DNA of 64,000 nt from a virus (Duplodnaviria; Caudoviricetes): IMG/VR virus record IMGVR_UViG_3300042483_000388; one strand, 5' to 3'. Shown here one piece after another: positions 53,220 through 62,742 of this stretch. Within the stretch, counting starts at the first letter, position 1. Every line of letters starts with the position of its first letter. The notes beneath the pieces are model-generated. The model searched no databases. It saw only the letters and a list, made by a program, of their open reading frames with translations, and was not told the DNA's origin. The position numbers and the translations under genes are program-made.

Positions 53220-53936
53220 ATGAATTTCGGAGAATTAAAATCAAAAATAGAGGTCTGTTTGTCAGAATCTTATAAGAAGAATAACTTAAAGAAAGATCTT
53301 TTCGTATTTAACGAACTGGTCTTGAAGAATAAAAATATTTCAAAAATATTCTTTCTTTATGATGAATTGTCTAAAAACAAGGGATTGTCTGAGTCAATTG
53401 CAAATGAATACATTAATGGGTCTATAACGGCTTACGAAAATACTGTTAACAAAATATCGTTAAAAGAGATTAAAGAATTAAAGTATTGGATTGGTCACAT
53501 TATTTGTGAAAATGAATATAAAAATATTGATAATTTATTTTCAACAAACTTTTTAGTTTTAGAAAATAAAATTAAAAGTAAAAAACTTATTTCTGAAAAC
53601 TTAAGACAAACAGAAAAAGAAATAAAAGATGTGATCAATGTTCCTTTAAAGTCGATGATTAATGTGGCAAATAAAACGGTAAAAAATTTTATTTCTAGCC
53701 TGAACGAGTCTGAACAAAAAGAATTAAATAAAATATTATCTACACCAAAAAATATTTTGGTTAAAAAATACGACAAAATTAAAGATGATGTTAAGGAAAA
53801 ATTGGAAGATAGAAGACTAACAGAATCTGACGACGAAACTGTAAACACTATTGATAAAGTTTTAGGTAGATTACAAACAGAATCTTTTAATGAACTTAAT
53901 CTTTATAAGTTGATTAAGTTATCAGACTCTCTTTAA
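53220..53936 (+). CDS. Putative prohead-associated protein
   Basis: Between portal and protease; helical; repeated L-x-E sites. Confidence 0.6.
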   Translation: MNFGELKSKIEVCLSESYKKNNLKKDLFVFNELVLKNKNISKIFFLYDELSKNKGLSESIANEYINGSITAYENTVNKISLKEIKELKYWIGHIICENEYKNIDNLFSTNFLVLENKIKSKKLISENLRQTEKEIKDVINVPLKSMINVANKTVKNFISSLNESEQKELNKILSTPKNILVKKYDKIKDDVKEKLEDRRLTESDDETVNTIDKVLGRLQTESFNELNLYKLIKLSDSL

Positions 53937-54104
53937 TTTTTGGGTATAAATTGCTTTTTGGATCTCCGATCTTCTTTTAATAGATTTTTTGGTAAATTCT
54001 TTTCCATTAAATAATTTAGCATTTTGTTTTGTTCTTATCACTTTTCCTTTAAGTTCTTTTAGGGATTTATCAATATTTCCCTTTTTTACCACTACAATTA
54101 ACAT
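53922..54104 (-). CDS. rpsU: Ribosomal protein bS21 (phage-encoded)
   Basis: MLIVVVKKGNIDKSLKELKGKVIRTKQ...EFTKKSIKRRSEIQKAIYTQ matches Bacteroidota bS21; minus-strand TATTTAT at 54124-54130. Confidence 0.85.
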   Translation of the reverse strand: MLIVVVKKGNIDKSLKELKGKVIRTKQNAKLFNGKEFTKKSIKRRSEIQKAIYTQKLKRV

Positions 54105-54184
54105 ATTTTTTTCTTTTGTTGATATAAATATAATGATTACTTATCTTTATGTCAAAAATAAACCTAAGAGTATGAAAATTTTAC

Positions 54185-54652
54185 ATGAAAAAAGGGAAAA
54201 CAACCAAATTAAATGGATATAGAACATTTAAATCGCATTATGGAACCATTGATGCACAAAACCTTAAATCAATTTACGTCAATCTACAGACGTGGGTAGA
54301 ACCAAAAGAAGAAGTAGAGAATTGGAATAGAGTAGTCCTAAACATGTCAAGATCCGTTAAACATTCGGTTTTAGAAAACATAAACAAAGAAGTATTTGAC
54401 GACAAATTTATTGTCGATTTAGATCTTAGAACAAGTGGATTACACCTAAAGAAAAAATCATTTATGAATTTAGAGGTTAATCTTTTCTTACACGAACCGA
54501 TGGACTTCAAATCACCAAAATTAAAGAAACATGTGAAATCTTTAATTAAATCAATATATGGTAACGTATTCAGTAAAAACAAAAATTTTAAATTTTATTT
54601 AACCAAAACCGGAAATTTAAAACCTATTAAACAAGAAACAGAAACTATTTAG
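54185..54652 (+). CDS. Conserved hypothetical protein
   Basis: ORF track. Confidence 0.7.
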   Translation: MKKGKTTKLNGYRTFKSHYGTIDAQNLKSIYVNLQTWVEPKEEVENWNRVVLNMSRSVKHSVLENINKEVFDDKFIVDLDLRTSGLHLKKKSFMNLEVNLFLHEPMDFKSPKLKKHVKSLIKSIYGNVFSKNKNFKFYLTKTGNLKPIKQETETI

Positions 54653-54673
54653 TATTTATATATAAAATAATAA

Positions 54674-55405
54674 ATGGAAGAATTTAAAATATTAGGTCCG
54701 AGAGATTCAGGTAAGAAAGGAATTCTTATTGAATATGATGCTGGATACATCAACCCAAAAGAAAGAAGAAATTTAGATGCTATCAACGAAAATAGAGATA
54801 TGTTGGATCATTCTAAACCATTTGAGTTTTATGCTGTTCTTCAAAAATACGACACCCCAAATAGAAATGGTCGTATATACCCTGAAAGAATATTAAAAAG
54901 AGAGTCGGAGAATTATAAAAAGATGATTGAAAAAGGAACGTCTCTTTCTGAGTTAAATCACCCTGAGTCATCTTTAATTGATTTAGACAGAGCATCACAT
55001 CTTATTACAGAGATATGGTGGGAGGGTCCTGTTTTATTAGGTAAATTGAAATTACTTACAAGTCCAGGTTTCCATGAAAGAGGTATTGTATCAACAAAAG
55101 GGGATTTAGCCGCAAATTTCTTACGTCAGGGGGTTACATTAGGAATATCCTCTCGCGGAGTAGGTTCCCTTAAGAAGGTTGGAGAACAAAATGAAGTTCA
55201 GGATGACTTTGAATTAATTTGTTTTGACCTTGTATCTTCACCATCTACACCGGGAGCTTATTTGTTCTCAGATAAAAACGATAGAATGAAATATGAGGAG
55301 AACTTAGACGAGGAGAAAAAAATGTCAGTAGAAAGAAATGTTGGGGAATCAGGAAACAAATCACTTGACTTAATGAAAAGATTAACCCATTATTTGGATA
55401 AATAA
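54674..55405 (+). CDS. gp21: Prohead maturation protease (T4 gp21-like)
   Basis: PNRNGRIYP, SELNHP, LDRASHLI, LGISSRGVGSL, FDLVSSPSTPGAY. Confidence 0.93.
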   Translation: MEEFKILGPRDSGKKGILIEYDAGYINPKERRNLDAINENRDMLDHSKPFEFYAVLQKYDTPNRNGRIYPERILKRESENYKKMIEKGTSLSELNHPESSLIDLDRASHLITEIWWEGPVLLGKLKLLTSPGFHERGIVSTKGDLAANFLRQGVTLGISSRGVGSLKKVGEQNEVQDDFELICFDLVSSPSTPGAYLFSDKNDRMKYEENLDEEKKMSVERNVGESGNKSLDLMKRLTHYLDK

Positions 55406-55412
55406 AAAAATT

Positions 55413-55625
55413 ATGGACGAAAAGTATTTTGTAACGAAGATCACCACAGATATGTTGGATGAGAACACAGGAAAGATTAAAAAAATGAGAGAGGAAAAAT
55501 TGGTTAAAGGTTACTCACCTACCGATGTTGAGGCTAAAGTGACTAAAGTGTATGAAAATTACACAATGGCTTGGAGAATTACTTCTATTGGTGAAAGTAA
55601 AATTGATGAAGTAATCGAAGGGTAA
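55413..55625 (+). CDS. Small conserved head-region protein
   Basis: ORF track. Confidence 0.7.
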   Translation: MDEKYFVTKITTDMLDENTGKIKKMREEKLVKGYSPTDVEAKVTKVYENYTMAWRITSIGESKIDEVIEG

Positions 55626-55753
55626 TTTTAAAATTTTAAGGTGTGAATGGGAAAGGACAATAGTCTTTTTCCATTTTTTTTTGCGTTATAATACCAAAAA
55701 CCCAATTTTTTTTAAAAACATAGATATTTATTTGAAAACTATATAAAAAAAGC

Positions 55754-57478
55754 ATGGAAAAAAAACAAAATGTAGTAGAAGACGCTCTATTCCAAATTCG
55801 TAATTTGGAAGAGACTCTACAAGAAAATGCAAAAGGAATACTTCAATCTACAATGAAAGAAGAAATCAGACAATTAGTAAAAGAATCTCTTAGGGAACAA
55901 GATGAAGAGGAGATTGAACCATTAACAGGCGGAGAAGCCGAACTTGATTCTGAGACAGAATTTGAAGATGACGACATGGATGACATGGAAGATGATGACA
56001 TGGATGACATGGAAGATGACGAAATGGGTGACGTGGAAGATGACGAAATGGAATTTGATGTTGACGATGAAGAAACTATTGATTTGACAAGTGCGTCAGA
56101 TGAAGAAGTATTAAAGGTTTTCAAAGCTATGGGAGATGAAGATGGAATCATCGTGAAAAAAGAAGGTGGTAATATTCACCTTAAAGATGGTGATAATGAT
56201 TATATGATCCAATTAGGAGAATCTTACATGGACGATGGTCAAGAAGAAGATGAATTTGAACCAACTGACCTTGAAGAAACAATCTATGAAATTCAAATGG
56301 ATGAAGAAGATGATTTAAATCCTGAAGGAGAAACAATCTACGAAATTCAAATGGATGAAGAATACGACGAAATGGATTTTGAAACTCCTGTGAGAGATGC
56401 TATCAGATCTCATAAAGGTAGATTTGAAACTCCTATGAGAGATAGATTAAGATCTCGTATGGAAGATAACGTGGAAGATGACATGTCAGATAGATTCAGA
56501 TCTCGTAGATATAGAGATATGGAAGATGACATGGCAGAAGGTGTTGATCCTGAAATGATGGAATACAATATGTCTAACCTTGATCTTGGTGAAGAAGATG
56601 ATATGTATTCTAGTCCAGAAATGGGTGAAGGAAATCATATGTATGGTAATTCAGAAATGGAAGAAGAAGAAGAAGTGAGTATGAGTGATTTAAACTCAGT
56701 TATGGAAGCCGTTAAAAAAGCTATGAAACCGAAAGGAATTGGAATGGGAAATGCTTCTAAATTCAAATATGGTAAAAAACCTAACATGAGTGGAGGGTTT
56801 AACGAAAAAAGAAAAGAAGGACCTAAATCTGTTGGTACAGGTAAAGCTAGATTTGAATACAAAGAAGAACATGAATATGGTGGTAACTCACACGATTACA
56901 AACGTAAGGATGTTAAGGGTGTTGAGAAAAAAACCGGAGTCGTGAAAGGTCATTTTAAAGATTATGAAGGTAAGAAATCTGAAACTAAAGAATCCGCGAG
57001 AACTTTAGGTAATGGTAGTAGAAATTATCCGGAAAGAAAATCTATACCTAAAATGAGAGTAAGACCAACTAATGAAAGTGTTTCAAATGAAGTGAATTTG
57101 TTAAAAGAAAAAAATAATGAATACAGACAAGCTCTTGATATTTTTAGAACAAAACTTAATGAAGTTGCAACATTTAATTCAAACTTGGCTTATGCAACAA
57201 GACTATTTACTGAACACTCAACAACTAAACAAGAAAAAATAAATATTCTTAGAAGATTTGACAATGTCGATACTTTGAAGGAATCAAAAAGTCTGTATAG
57301 GTCAATAAAGGATGAGTTATCATCTGGATCTAAATCAGAAGAAAGATTAACCGAATCAATTGAAAGAACTGTTAACAGAACCGCATCTACGGGATCGTCA
57401 ACTAATCTAATTGAATCAAAAACGTATGAAAATCCACAATTCTTAAGAATGAAGGATTTGATGACAAAAATAAAATAA
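55754..57478 (+). CDS. Prohead scaffold / core protein (gp22-like)
   Basis: Highly acidic, coiled-coil C-terminus (LNEVATFNSNLAY), directly upstream of the MCP; many I/L-x-E sites. Confidence 0.8.
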   Translation: MEKKQNVVEDALFQIRNLEETLQENAKGILQSTMKEEIRQLVKESLREQDEEEIEPLTGGEAELDSETEFEDDDMDDMEDDDMDDMEDDEMGDVEDDEMEFDVDDEETIDLTSASDEEVLKVFKAMGDEDGIIVKKEGGNIHLKDGDNDYMIQLGESYMDDGQEEDEFEPTDLEETIYEIQMDEEDDLNPEGETIYEIQMDEEYDEMDFETPVRDAIRSHKGRFETPMRDRLRSRMEDNVEDDMSDRFRSRRYRDMEDDMAEGVDPEMMEYNMSNLDLGEEDDMYSSPEMGEGNHMYGNSEMEEEEEVSMSDLNSVMEAVKKAMKPKGIGMGNASKFKYGKKPNMSGGFNEKRKEGPKSVGTGKARFEYKEEHEYGGNSHDYKRKDVKGVEKKTGVVKGHFKDYEGKKSETKESARTLGNGSRNYPERKSIPKMRVRPTNESVSNEVNLLKEKNNEYRQALDIFRTKLNEVATFNSNLAYATRLFTEHSTTKQEKINILRRFDNVDTLKESKSLYRSIKDELSSGSKSEERLTESIERTVNRTASTGSSTNLIESKTYENPQFLRMKDLMTKIK

Positions 57479-57511
57479 ACAATAAACAAAAATAATAAAA
57501 ACCAAAAAAAA

Positions 57512-59398
57512 ATGGGAGCATTATTAGAATCAGGTCTTGTTGGTAACATAGGGTTAAAACACCTTAAAGTTATCAAAGAAGACACTATTAACAAATGGAA
57601 CAAATTAGGGTTCCTTGATGGACTTAAAGGTCATCTAAAAGAAAATATGGCTCAATTATATGAGAATCAAGCGTCACATTTGATTAACGAAGCAACTGGA
57701 GAAGGTTCTAACGGAGCATTTGAAACTGTTGTTTTCCCAATCGTAAGACGTGTATTCTCTAAATTGTTAGCTAACGACATCGTATCAGTACAAGCAATGA
57801 ACTTACCTATCGGTAAATTGTTCTACTTCGTACCTAAAATCCAAGGATATCAAAATGAATATCAAGGACCAGATGCGACAGGTGGTATTCATTATCCTCC
57901 AGTTGGAGCACCAAATGGACCTGCTAATGGAGCTGGATATGAGCCAACAGGACCATACGCTTACAAGAAAAACCTTTATGATTTATTCTACGAAGGAAAT
58001 GAGGCAGGAATGGATCCACAAGGATTATTTGACTACTCTAAAGGTAAGTGGACCGCAGTTACTGCAACTACAACAATCCAAGCATGGGCTGGTTCAGCAC
58101 TTGTTAACGCAACTATCAACGGAGGTACTCCTGCAGGTGGAACACAAATTCCAGCAGGTAACATAAGAAAAGTTCTTATGAAAATGTGTGGTTTCGCAAA
58201 TTCAGGAGCTGGTAAATTAATCGGACCTGATGGTAACGAAATGGATAGTGAGGCATTTTTGTCTGACTTGAGAATATTCGCATCAACAGGATTATCCGCA
58301 TCTACTACACCTTGTGACGTTCTTAAAAACAGTGCAGGACAATACATTCCTTTATTATTTAGATGTGTTACTCAAATATACGGTAAAGGTCTTGTTAAAT
58401 ATGGTGGTCAACAATCAACAACATTTGCAAACACTAGTACTCAACCTAACGACGCAGGTAATGGTGGTTCTTACTACGATATCTGTGACTCAGATGGTTG
58501 TATCTATTTAGAAGTAGATTTATCTTGTCCAGTATGTGCTGATTGTGACTCAACATCTTTAGATGGTTACACAGGTACTACAATATACTCAGGTGGATCT
58601 GGAACTTCATTTACTGCATTCTTTAGACGATATGCTAACTTAGAATTTGAAGACGAAATTGGTGAGGTTTCTTTTGATTTAGAATCAGTAACTGTTTCTG
58701 TAACTGAAAGAAAACTAAGAGCACAATGGTCTCCTGAATTAGCTCAAGACGTTGCGGCATTCCACAACATCGACGCTGAAGCTGAATTAACAGCATTGTT
58801 ATCTGAACAAGTAGCAGCTGAAATCGACCGTGAGATCCTTCGTGACTTACGTAAAGGTGCGGCATGGAACTTACGTTGGGATTACAACGGATGGAGAAGA
58901 ATTTCTCAAACAACATCTTACACTCAGAAAGACTGGAACCAAACATTAATTACAGCAATCAATCAGTTGTCTGCACAAATTCACAAATCAACTTTGAGAG
59001 GTGGTGCTAACTGGATCGTTGTTTCTTCTGAGGTTTCTGCTATCTTTGACGATTTAGAATACTTCCACGTATCTAACGCGGCTCCTGAGCAAGATCAGTA
59101 TAACATGGGTATTGAAAGAGTTGGTACTCTTGCAGGACGTTACCAAGTTTATCGTGATCCTTACTTCCCAGCAAACCAAGTTTTGATTGGACACAAAGGA
59201 ACATCATTGTTAGACACAGGTTACATCTACGCACCGTATGTACCATTACAATTAACACCTACAATGTACAATCCGTTCAACTTTACTCCGATCAAAGGAA
59301 TAATGACGAGATACGCGAAAAAAATGGTAAATAATCGCTTTTACGGGAGAATTACCGTAGATGGTGTTCGTACATTCGATTTAAGAGAATTGAGATAA
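57512..59398 (+). CDS. gp23: Major capsid protein (T4 gp23-like) with large insertion
   Basis: VQAMNLPIGKLFY, RKLRAQWSPELAQD...IDAEAEL...EIDREI, GYIYAPYVPL, MTRYAK. Confidence 0.96.
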   Translation: MGALLESGLVGNIGLKHLKVIKEDTINKWNKLGFLDGLKGHLKENMAQLYENQASHLINEATGEGSNGAFETVVFPIVRRVFSKLLANDIVSVQAMNLPIGKLFYFVPKIQGYQNEYQGPDATGGIHYPPVGAPNGPANGAGYEPTGPYAYKKNLYDLFYEGNEAGMDPQGLFDYSKGKWTAVTATTTIQAWAGSALVNATINGGTPAGGTQIPAGNIRKVLMKMCGFANSGAGKLIGPDGNEMDSEAFLSDLRIFASTGLSASTTPCDVLKNSAGQYIPLLFRCVTQIYGKGLVKYGGQQSTTFANTSTQPNDAGNGGSYYDICDSDGCIYLEVDLSCPVCADCDSTSLDGYTGTTIYSGGSGTSFTAFFRRYANLEFEDEIGEVSFDLESVTVSVTERKLRAQWSPELAQDVAAFHNIDAEAELTALLSEQVAAEIDREILRDLRKGAAWNLRWDYNGWRRISQTTSYTQKDWNQTLITAINQLSAQIHKSTLRGGANWIVVSSEVSAIFDDLEYFHVSNAAPEQDQYNMGIERVGTLAGRYQVYRDPYFPANQVLIGHKGTSLLDTGYIYAPYVPLQLTPTMYNPFNFTPIKGIMTRYAKKMVNNRFYGRITVDGVRTFDLRELR

Positions 59399-59503
59399 TC
59401 AAAATCTTAAAGAATACTACAAAAGGGACAAGAAATTGTCCCTTTTTTTTATCTTTTTATCTTAACAATATGTTTTTTGGTAAAATGTGTTATATTTATA
59501 ATT

Positions 59504-60187
59504 ATGAAGAAGATAGAACTAAATAAAGAAGAATTAGATAATATTCTAAAAATGTATAATGAAGAATTATTGGGTACCCATACGATATCCATAAAAACGG
59601 GAATTAGTAAGCCAACGATTAATAGAATTCTTAAAGAAAATAATATTATTTTTAGACCATCAGGTAGAAGAAATATTGGTGGTAAAAAAGTTGCGGATAA
59701 AAAATGGAGAGATTCTAATAAAGAGTATATGTCTAATAAATCCAAAACTTGGTACGAACAAAACAAAGAACATCGTAAAGAATACATTAAAGAATACCAT
59801 AAAAACAATATTGATAAGATTAGAAAAACCAAACGTGATTACGAAAGAAATCGTAAAGCGAGAGACCCCCTCTATAAATTAATCAGTAATTTCAGAACCG
59901 CAATATATCAGGTATTAAAGGAGAGTAATGTGGAAAAGAACAAACACTATTTTGATATACTACAATACACGCCTGAACAACTAATAACACATTTAGAGAA
60001 TAAATTTACAGATAAAATGACGTGGGACAATTACGGTGAGTGGCATGTAGACCATAAATTACCTATAACTCATTTTAATATCTCTGAAATGGGGGATAGT
60101 GAATTTATGAAATGTTGGTCATTAGATAATCTACAACCTATGTGGGGTGATGAAAACATTAAAAAATCTAATAAATTACTTGATTAA
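59504..60187 (+). CDS. HNH endonuclease (free-standing, homing-type)
   Basis: WHVDHKLPI...SLDNLQPMWGDENIKKSNK; basic repeat-like N-terminal part; probable start 59504. Confidence 0.8.
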   Translation: MKKIELNKEELDNILKMYNEELLGTHTISIKTGISKPTINRILKENNIIFRPSGRRNIGGKKVADKKWRDSNKEYMSNKSKTWYEQNKEHRKEYIKEYHKNNIDKIRKTKRDYERNRKARDPLYKLISNFRTAIYQVLKESNVEKNKHYFDILQYTPEQLITHLENKFTDKMTWDNYGEWHVDHKLPITHFNISEMGDSEFMKCWSLDNLQPMWGDENIKKSNKLLD

Positions 60188-60385
60188 AGTCCTAATTGAT
60201 TTTGATATCACTTCAGATTCACCAATAGTGAACACTCCTTTAGAATGTGCGGATTTAATTGCCTCAATAAGGTAATACAAAGCGTGGTCATGATTCATTG
60301 TTGATAACATCAATTCTAATTGATCCTCATTAATTAAATTTATTGTTCCAAATAGATTACCAAAATTACCTTGTTTTTCTTCCAT
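60176..60385 (-). CDS. Small hypothetical protein
   Basis: ORF track; minus-strand TATTTAT upstream. Confidence 0.65.
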   Translation of the reverse strand: MEEKQGNFGNLFGTINLINEDQLELMLSTMNHDHALYYLIEAIKSAHSKGVFTIGESEVISKSIRTLIK

Positions 60386-60419
60386 TTTATTTTTTCTTTA
60401 TATTTATATAATATAACAT

Positions 60420-61358
60420 ATGAGTAGAATAAGTCAAATAATAAGAAAAGTAATTAAAGAGGCGACAGGAGATAGTTCTGGTGGTAGGGGTTCGTATATT
60501 GCACCATTACAACCAGGGTTAAGACCATTTACTCGTGAATCATTACAACCATTTACCGATGCGGTATCTAAATGGAAAAGCCCGTTAGTACAATACGATA
60601 GTTATGATGGCAGTTGGGATTTAAGATTGGGACAGATTAAGGAGTTAGAAAAGACTGCCTCCAAGATACAAGATTACATCAAACACCACCCATATTCAAC
60701 ATTTTCTGATGACGATGGTAGTATTATTAACCAATATTTCCAAGACTCAAAAAAGGCCCCATATAAAGAAAAAATGGAACCATACACAATCAAAGTTAAT
60801 GAATGGGTAGAAATTAAAAATAAAGATTATGTAAACGAAGTAGATAGTTCATCAACTGCGGGTTTATATAATGCACCATTAGAGGTTGGTAGTTATGAAT
60901 GGGAAAAAAATTACTTATCACCATTCACTGAAAAAGTGGAAAGTGAATTTAATAAAAAATCTTTAGAAAATACTTTGAAAAGAAATATAAAACGTATCGT
61001 AGGTGTTTGGGAAAAAAATAAAAATGGTTCATATTTTAGAGATATAGATTATCCCGACACAATTAATGAAGATCTTGCCGTTTGGTTTGGTAAAAAGAAA
61101 AAACCTAAGGGATCTTCCCAACCAAAAGGACCTTGGGTTGACATTTGTCGTAAAGTTGACGGTAAACATCCTCCCTGTGGACGACAAGATACCTCTAAGG
61201 GTTCATACCCTAAATGTAGGGCGGCTGGAGTTGCCGGTAAAATGAGTGATTCTGCAAAAAGATCTGCTTGTCAACAAAAAAGATCTGCTGAGAAAAAAGA
61301 CACTCAAACAGGGAAAGGTCAAAAACCTATCATGACTAGTTATAAGTCTAAAAAATAA
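60420..61358 (+). CDS. Modular leader-family protein with C-terminal basic Cys-rich domain
   Basis: MSRISQIIRKVIKE; internal VNE/INE junctions; WVDICRK...HPPCGR...YPKCR...ACQQKR. Confidence 0.72.
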   Translation: MSRISQIIRKVIKEATGDSSGGRGSYIAPLQPGLRPFTRESLQPFTDAVSKWKSPLVQYDSYDGSWDLRLGQIKELEKTASKIQDYIKHHPYSTFSDDDGSIINQYFQDSKKAPYKEKMEPYTIKVNEWVEIKNKDYVNEVDSSSTAGLYNAPLEVGSYEWEKNYLSPFTEKVESEFNKKSLENTLKRNIKRIVGVWEKNKNGSYFRDIDYPDTINEDLAVWFGKKKKPKGSSQPKGPWVDICRKVDGKHPPCGRQDTSKGSYPKCRAAGVAGKMSDSAKRSACQQKRSAEKKDTQTGKGQKPIMTSYKSKK

Positions 61359-61796
61359 TTATTTCTTATTATCTGTAATCTCATTTAACCGTTTTAATAC
61401 ATGGTCTAATGAGTTTTTAATGTTGGAGCTAACCTCTTTTTCCATTTCAACACGTCTTTTTTCTGTTTCTGTGTCGTATATATAAGTTAATCGTTCCCAA
61501 TCTCTTGAGGATAATTTAACATTATAATTAAACACATGGTTTGTTACCTCAACTCGATAATTATCTAGTGTTACAAATATACCTAACTCATTATTACGAA
61601 TATATCTTTTATTAGACATTGGGGCAATCATAAATTCAGAGTCTAAATTAGATATAAGTTTTAAACAAATTTTAAAACATGTTTTTTCGTAAACACTGAT
61701 TTCTTCCATATATGTTGGGGCAAAGGAAGATCTTTTTGTGAATATGTAAATTTTTACTTTAAGTCTTTTGTAGAATTTTAGAATTGATTTTATCAT
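61359..61796 (-). CDS. Hypothetical protein
   Basis: ORF track. Confidence 0.65.
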   Translation of the reverse strand: MIKSILKFYKRLKVKIYIFTKRSSFAPTYMEEISVYEKTCFKICLKLISNLDSEFMIAPMSNKRYIRNNELGIFVTLDNYRVEVTNHVFNYNVKLSSRDWERLTYIYDTETEKRRVEMEKEVSSNIKNSLDHVLKRLNEITDNKK

Positions 61797-61866
61797 TTTT
61801 ATTTAGTTTACGTTTAAACAAATCTAAACATAAATAAACGATTAAACAAAAATTTTTAAAAAAAAA

Positions 61867-62328
61867 TTAACAATAAGAACCTGAACAATGTTTTTTACCA
61901 TCAAGACCTTTGATTTTTCCTTTACATACTTGAACAGCATGTCCATTACTGTAAGCACTTGGGTACACGTCATATTTTGCCTTTGCTGATGCCTTACCTC
62001 TTGCACAAAGAGGTGTGCCTGTTTTTTTTCTACCTTCAGACATTGTCATAACCATGTCATCATCATTCATAGACATTCCATCTTTTTTCGATTCATTCAT
62101 CATGAAATCAAATACTTGATCCATATTGTTTTTGGCTTCTGAAATATGATCTTGAGCCCAATCATGTCCATCATCTAAAATAGATTCAACCATACTACGA
62201 TCAAAATCTAATAACATATCACACTGTCTTTTAATTTGTTCTAAATTAGAAAAGAACATATATCTTTGAGATTTTTCTTCGTGTGTTTCTCTAATAACTT
62301 TTTTTATAATTCTATTTAAATCTCTCAT
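61867..62328 (-). CDS. Leader-family protein with basic Cys-containing C-terminal domain
   Basis: MRDLNRIIKKVIRE; LDDGHDWAQDHI; LCARGKASAKAKYDVYPSAYSNGHAVQVCKG. Confidence 0.72.
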   Translation of the reverse strand: MRDLNRIIKKVIRETHEEKSQRYMFFSNLEQIKRQCDMLLDFDRSMVESILDDGHDWAQDHISEAKNNMDQVFDFMMNESKKDGMSMNDDDMVMTMSEGRKKTGTPLCARGKASAKAKYDVYPSAYSNGHAVQVCKGKIKGLDGKKHCSGSYC

Positions 62329-62332
62329 AATA

Positions 62333-62719
62333 CTAACTATTTAATCCGTTACCTCCTAGTGTAACTGCATTCATTTGAATTACCTCAGTACCATCTAAAG
62401 CTGTCCATACTGGATGTGGTGGTTCTACAGATACTGTTGTGGTTCCTCCTGACGTACATATTACAACACATACGTCTTCAGCTGCGTTTGCGTATGTTAC
62501 AACATTAAATATCATACATTCGTAACAACTATCGTAGGTTGTGATTGCGGTATATGGTGGTGCTGGTGCGGGTCCTTGTTGTTCCCCAACAGTTCCACAT
62601 ATTACATCACCTGTTGATGAACTAAATGAGATTACATCACCCTGATTTGGGTGAATTCCGTTATCTTCGACATCAACCTCGGTACCGTTTTGACAAAGAA
62701 ATACACTATATGTTGCCAT
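62333..62719 (-). CDS. Cys/Thr-rich putative structural protein
   Basis: YDSCYEC motif; TATTTATA upstream. Confidence 0.65.
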   Translation of the reverse strand: MATYSVFLCQNGTEVDVEDNGIHPNQGDVISFSSSTGDVICGTVGEQQGPAPAPPYTAITTYDSCYECMIFNVVTYANAAEDVCVVICTSGGTTTVSVEPPHPVWTALDGTEVIQMNAVTLGGNGLNS

Positions 62720-62742
62720 AATTTTTTATTATAAATATCCTA

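Noticed and set aside
59504-60187. Intron-encoded status of the HNH endonuclease
   Set aside because: The MCP ends normally with TAA followed by a terminator-like hairpin (59422-59450), so the HNH gene is free-standing and does not interrupt a gene.
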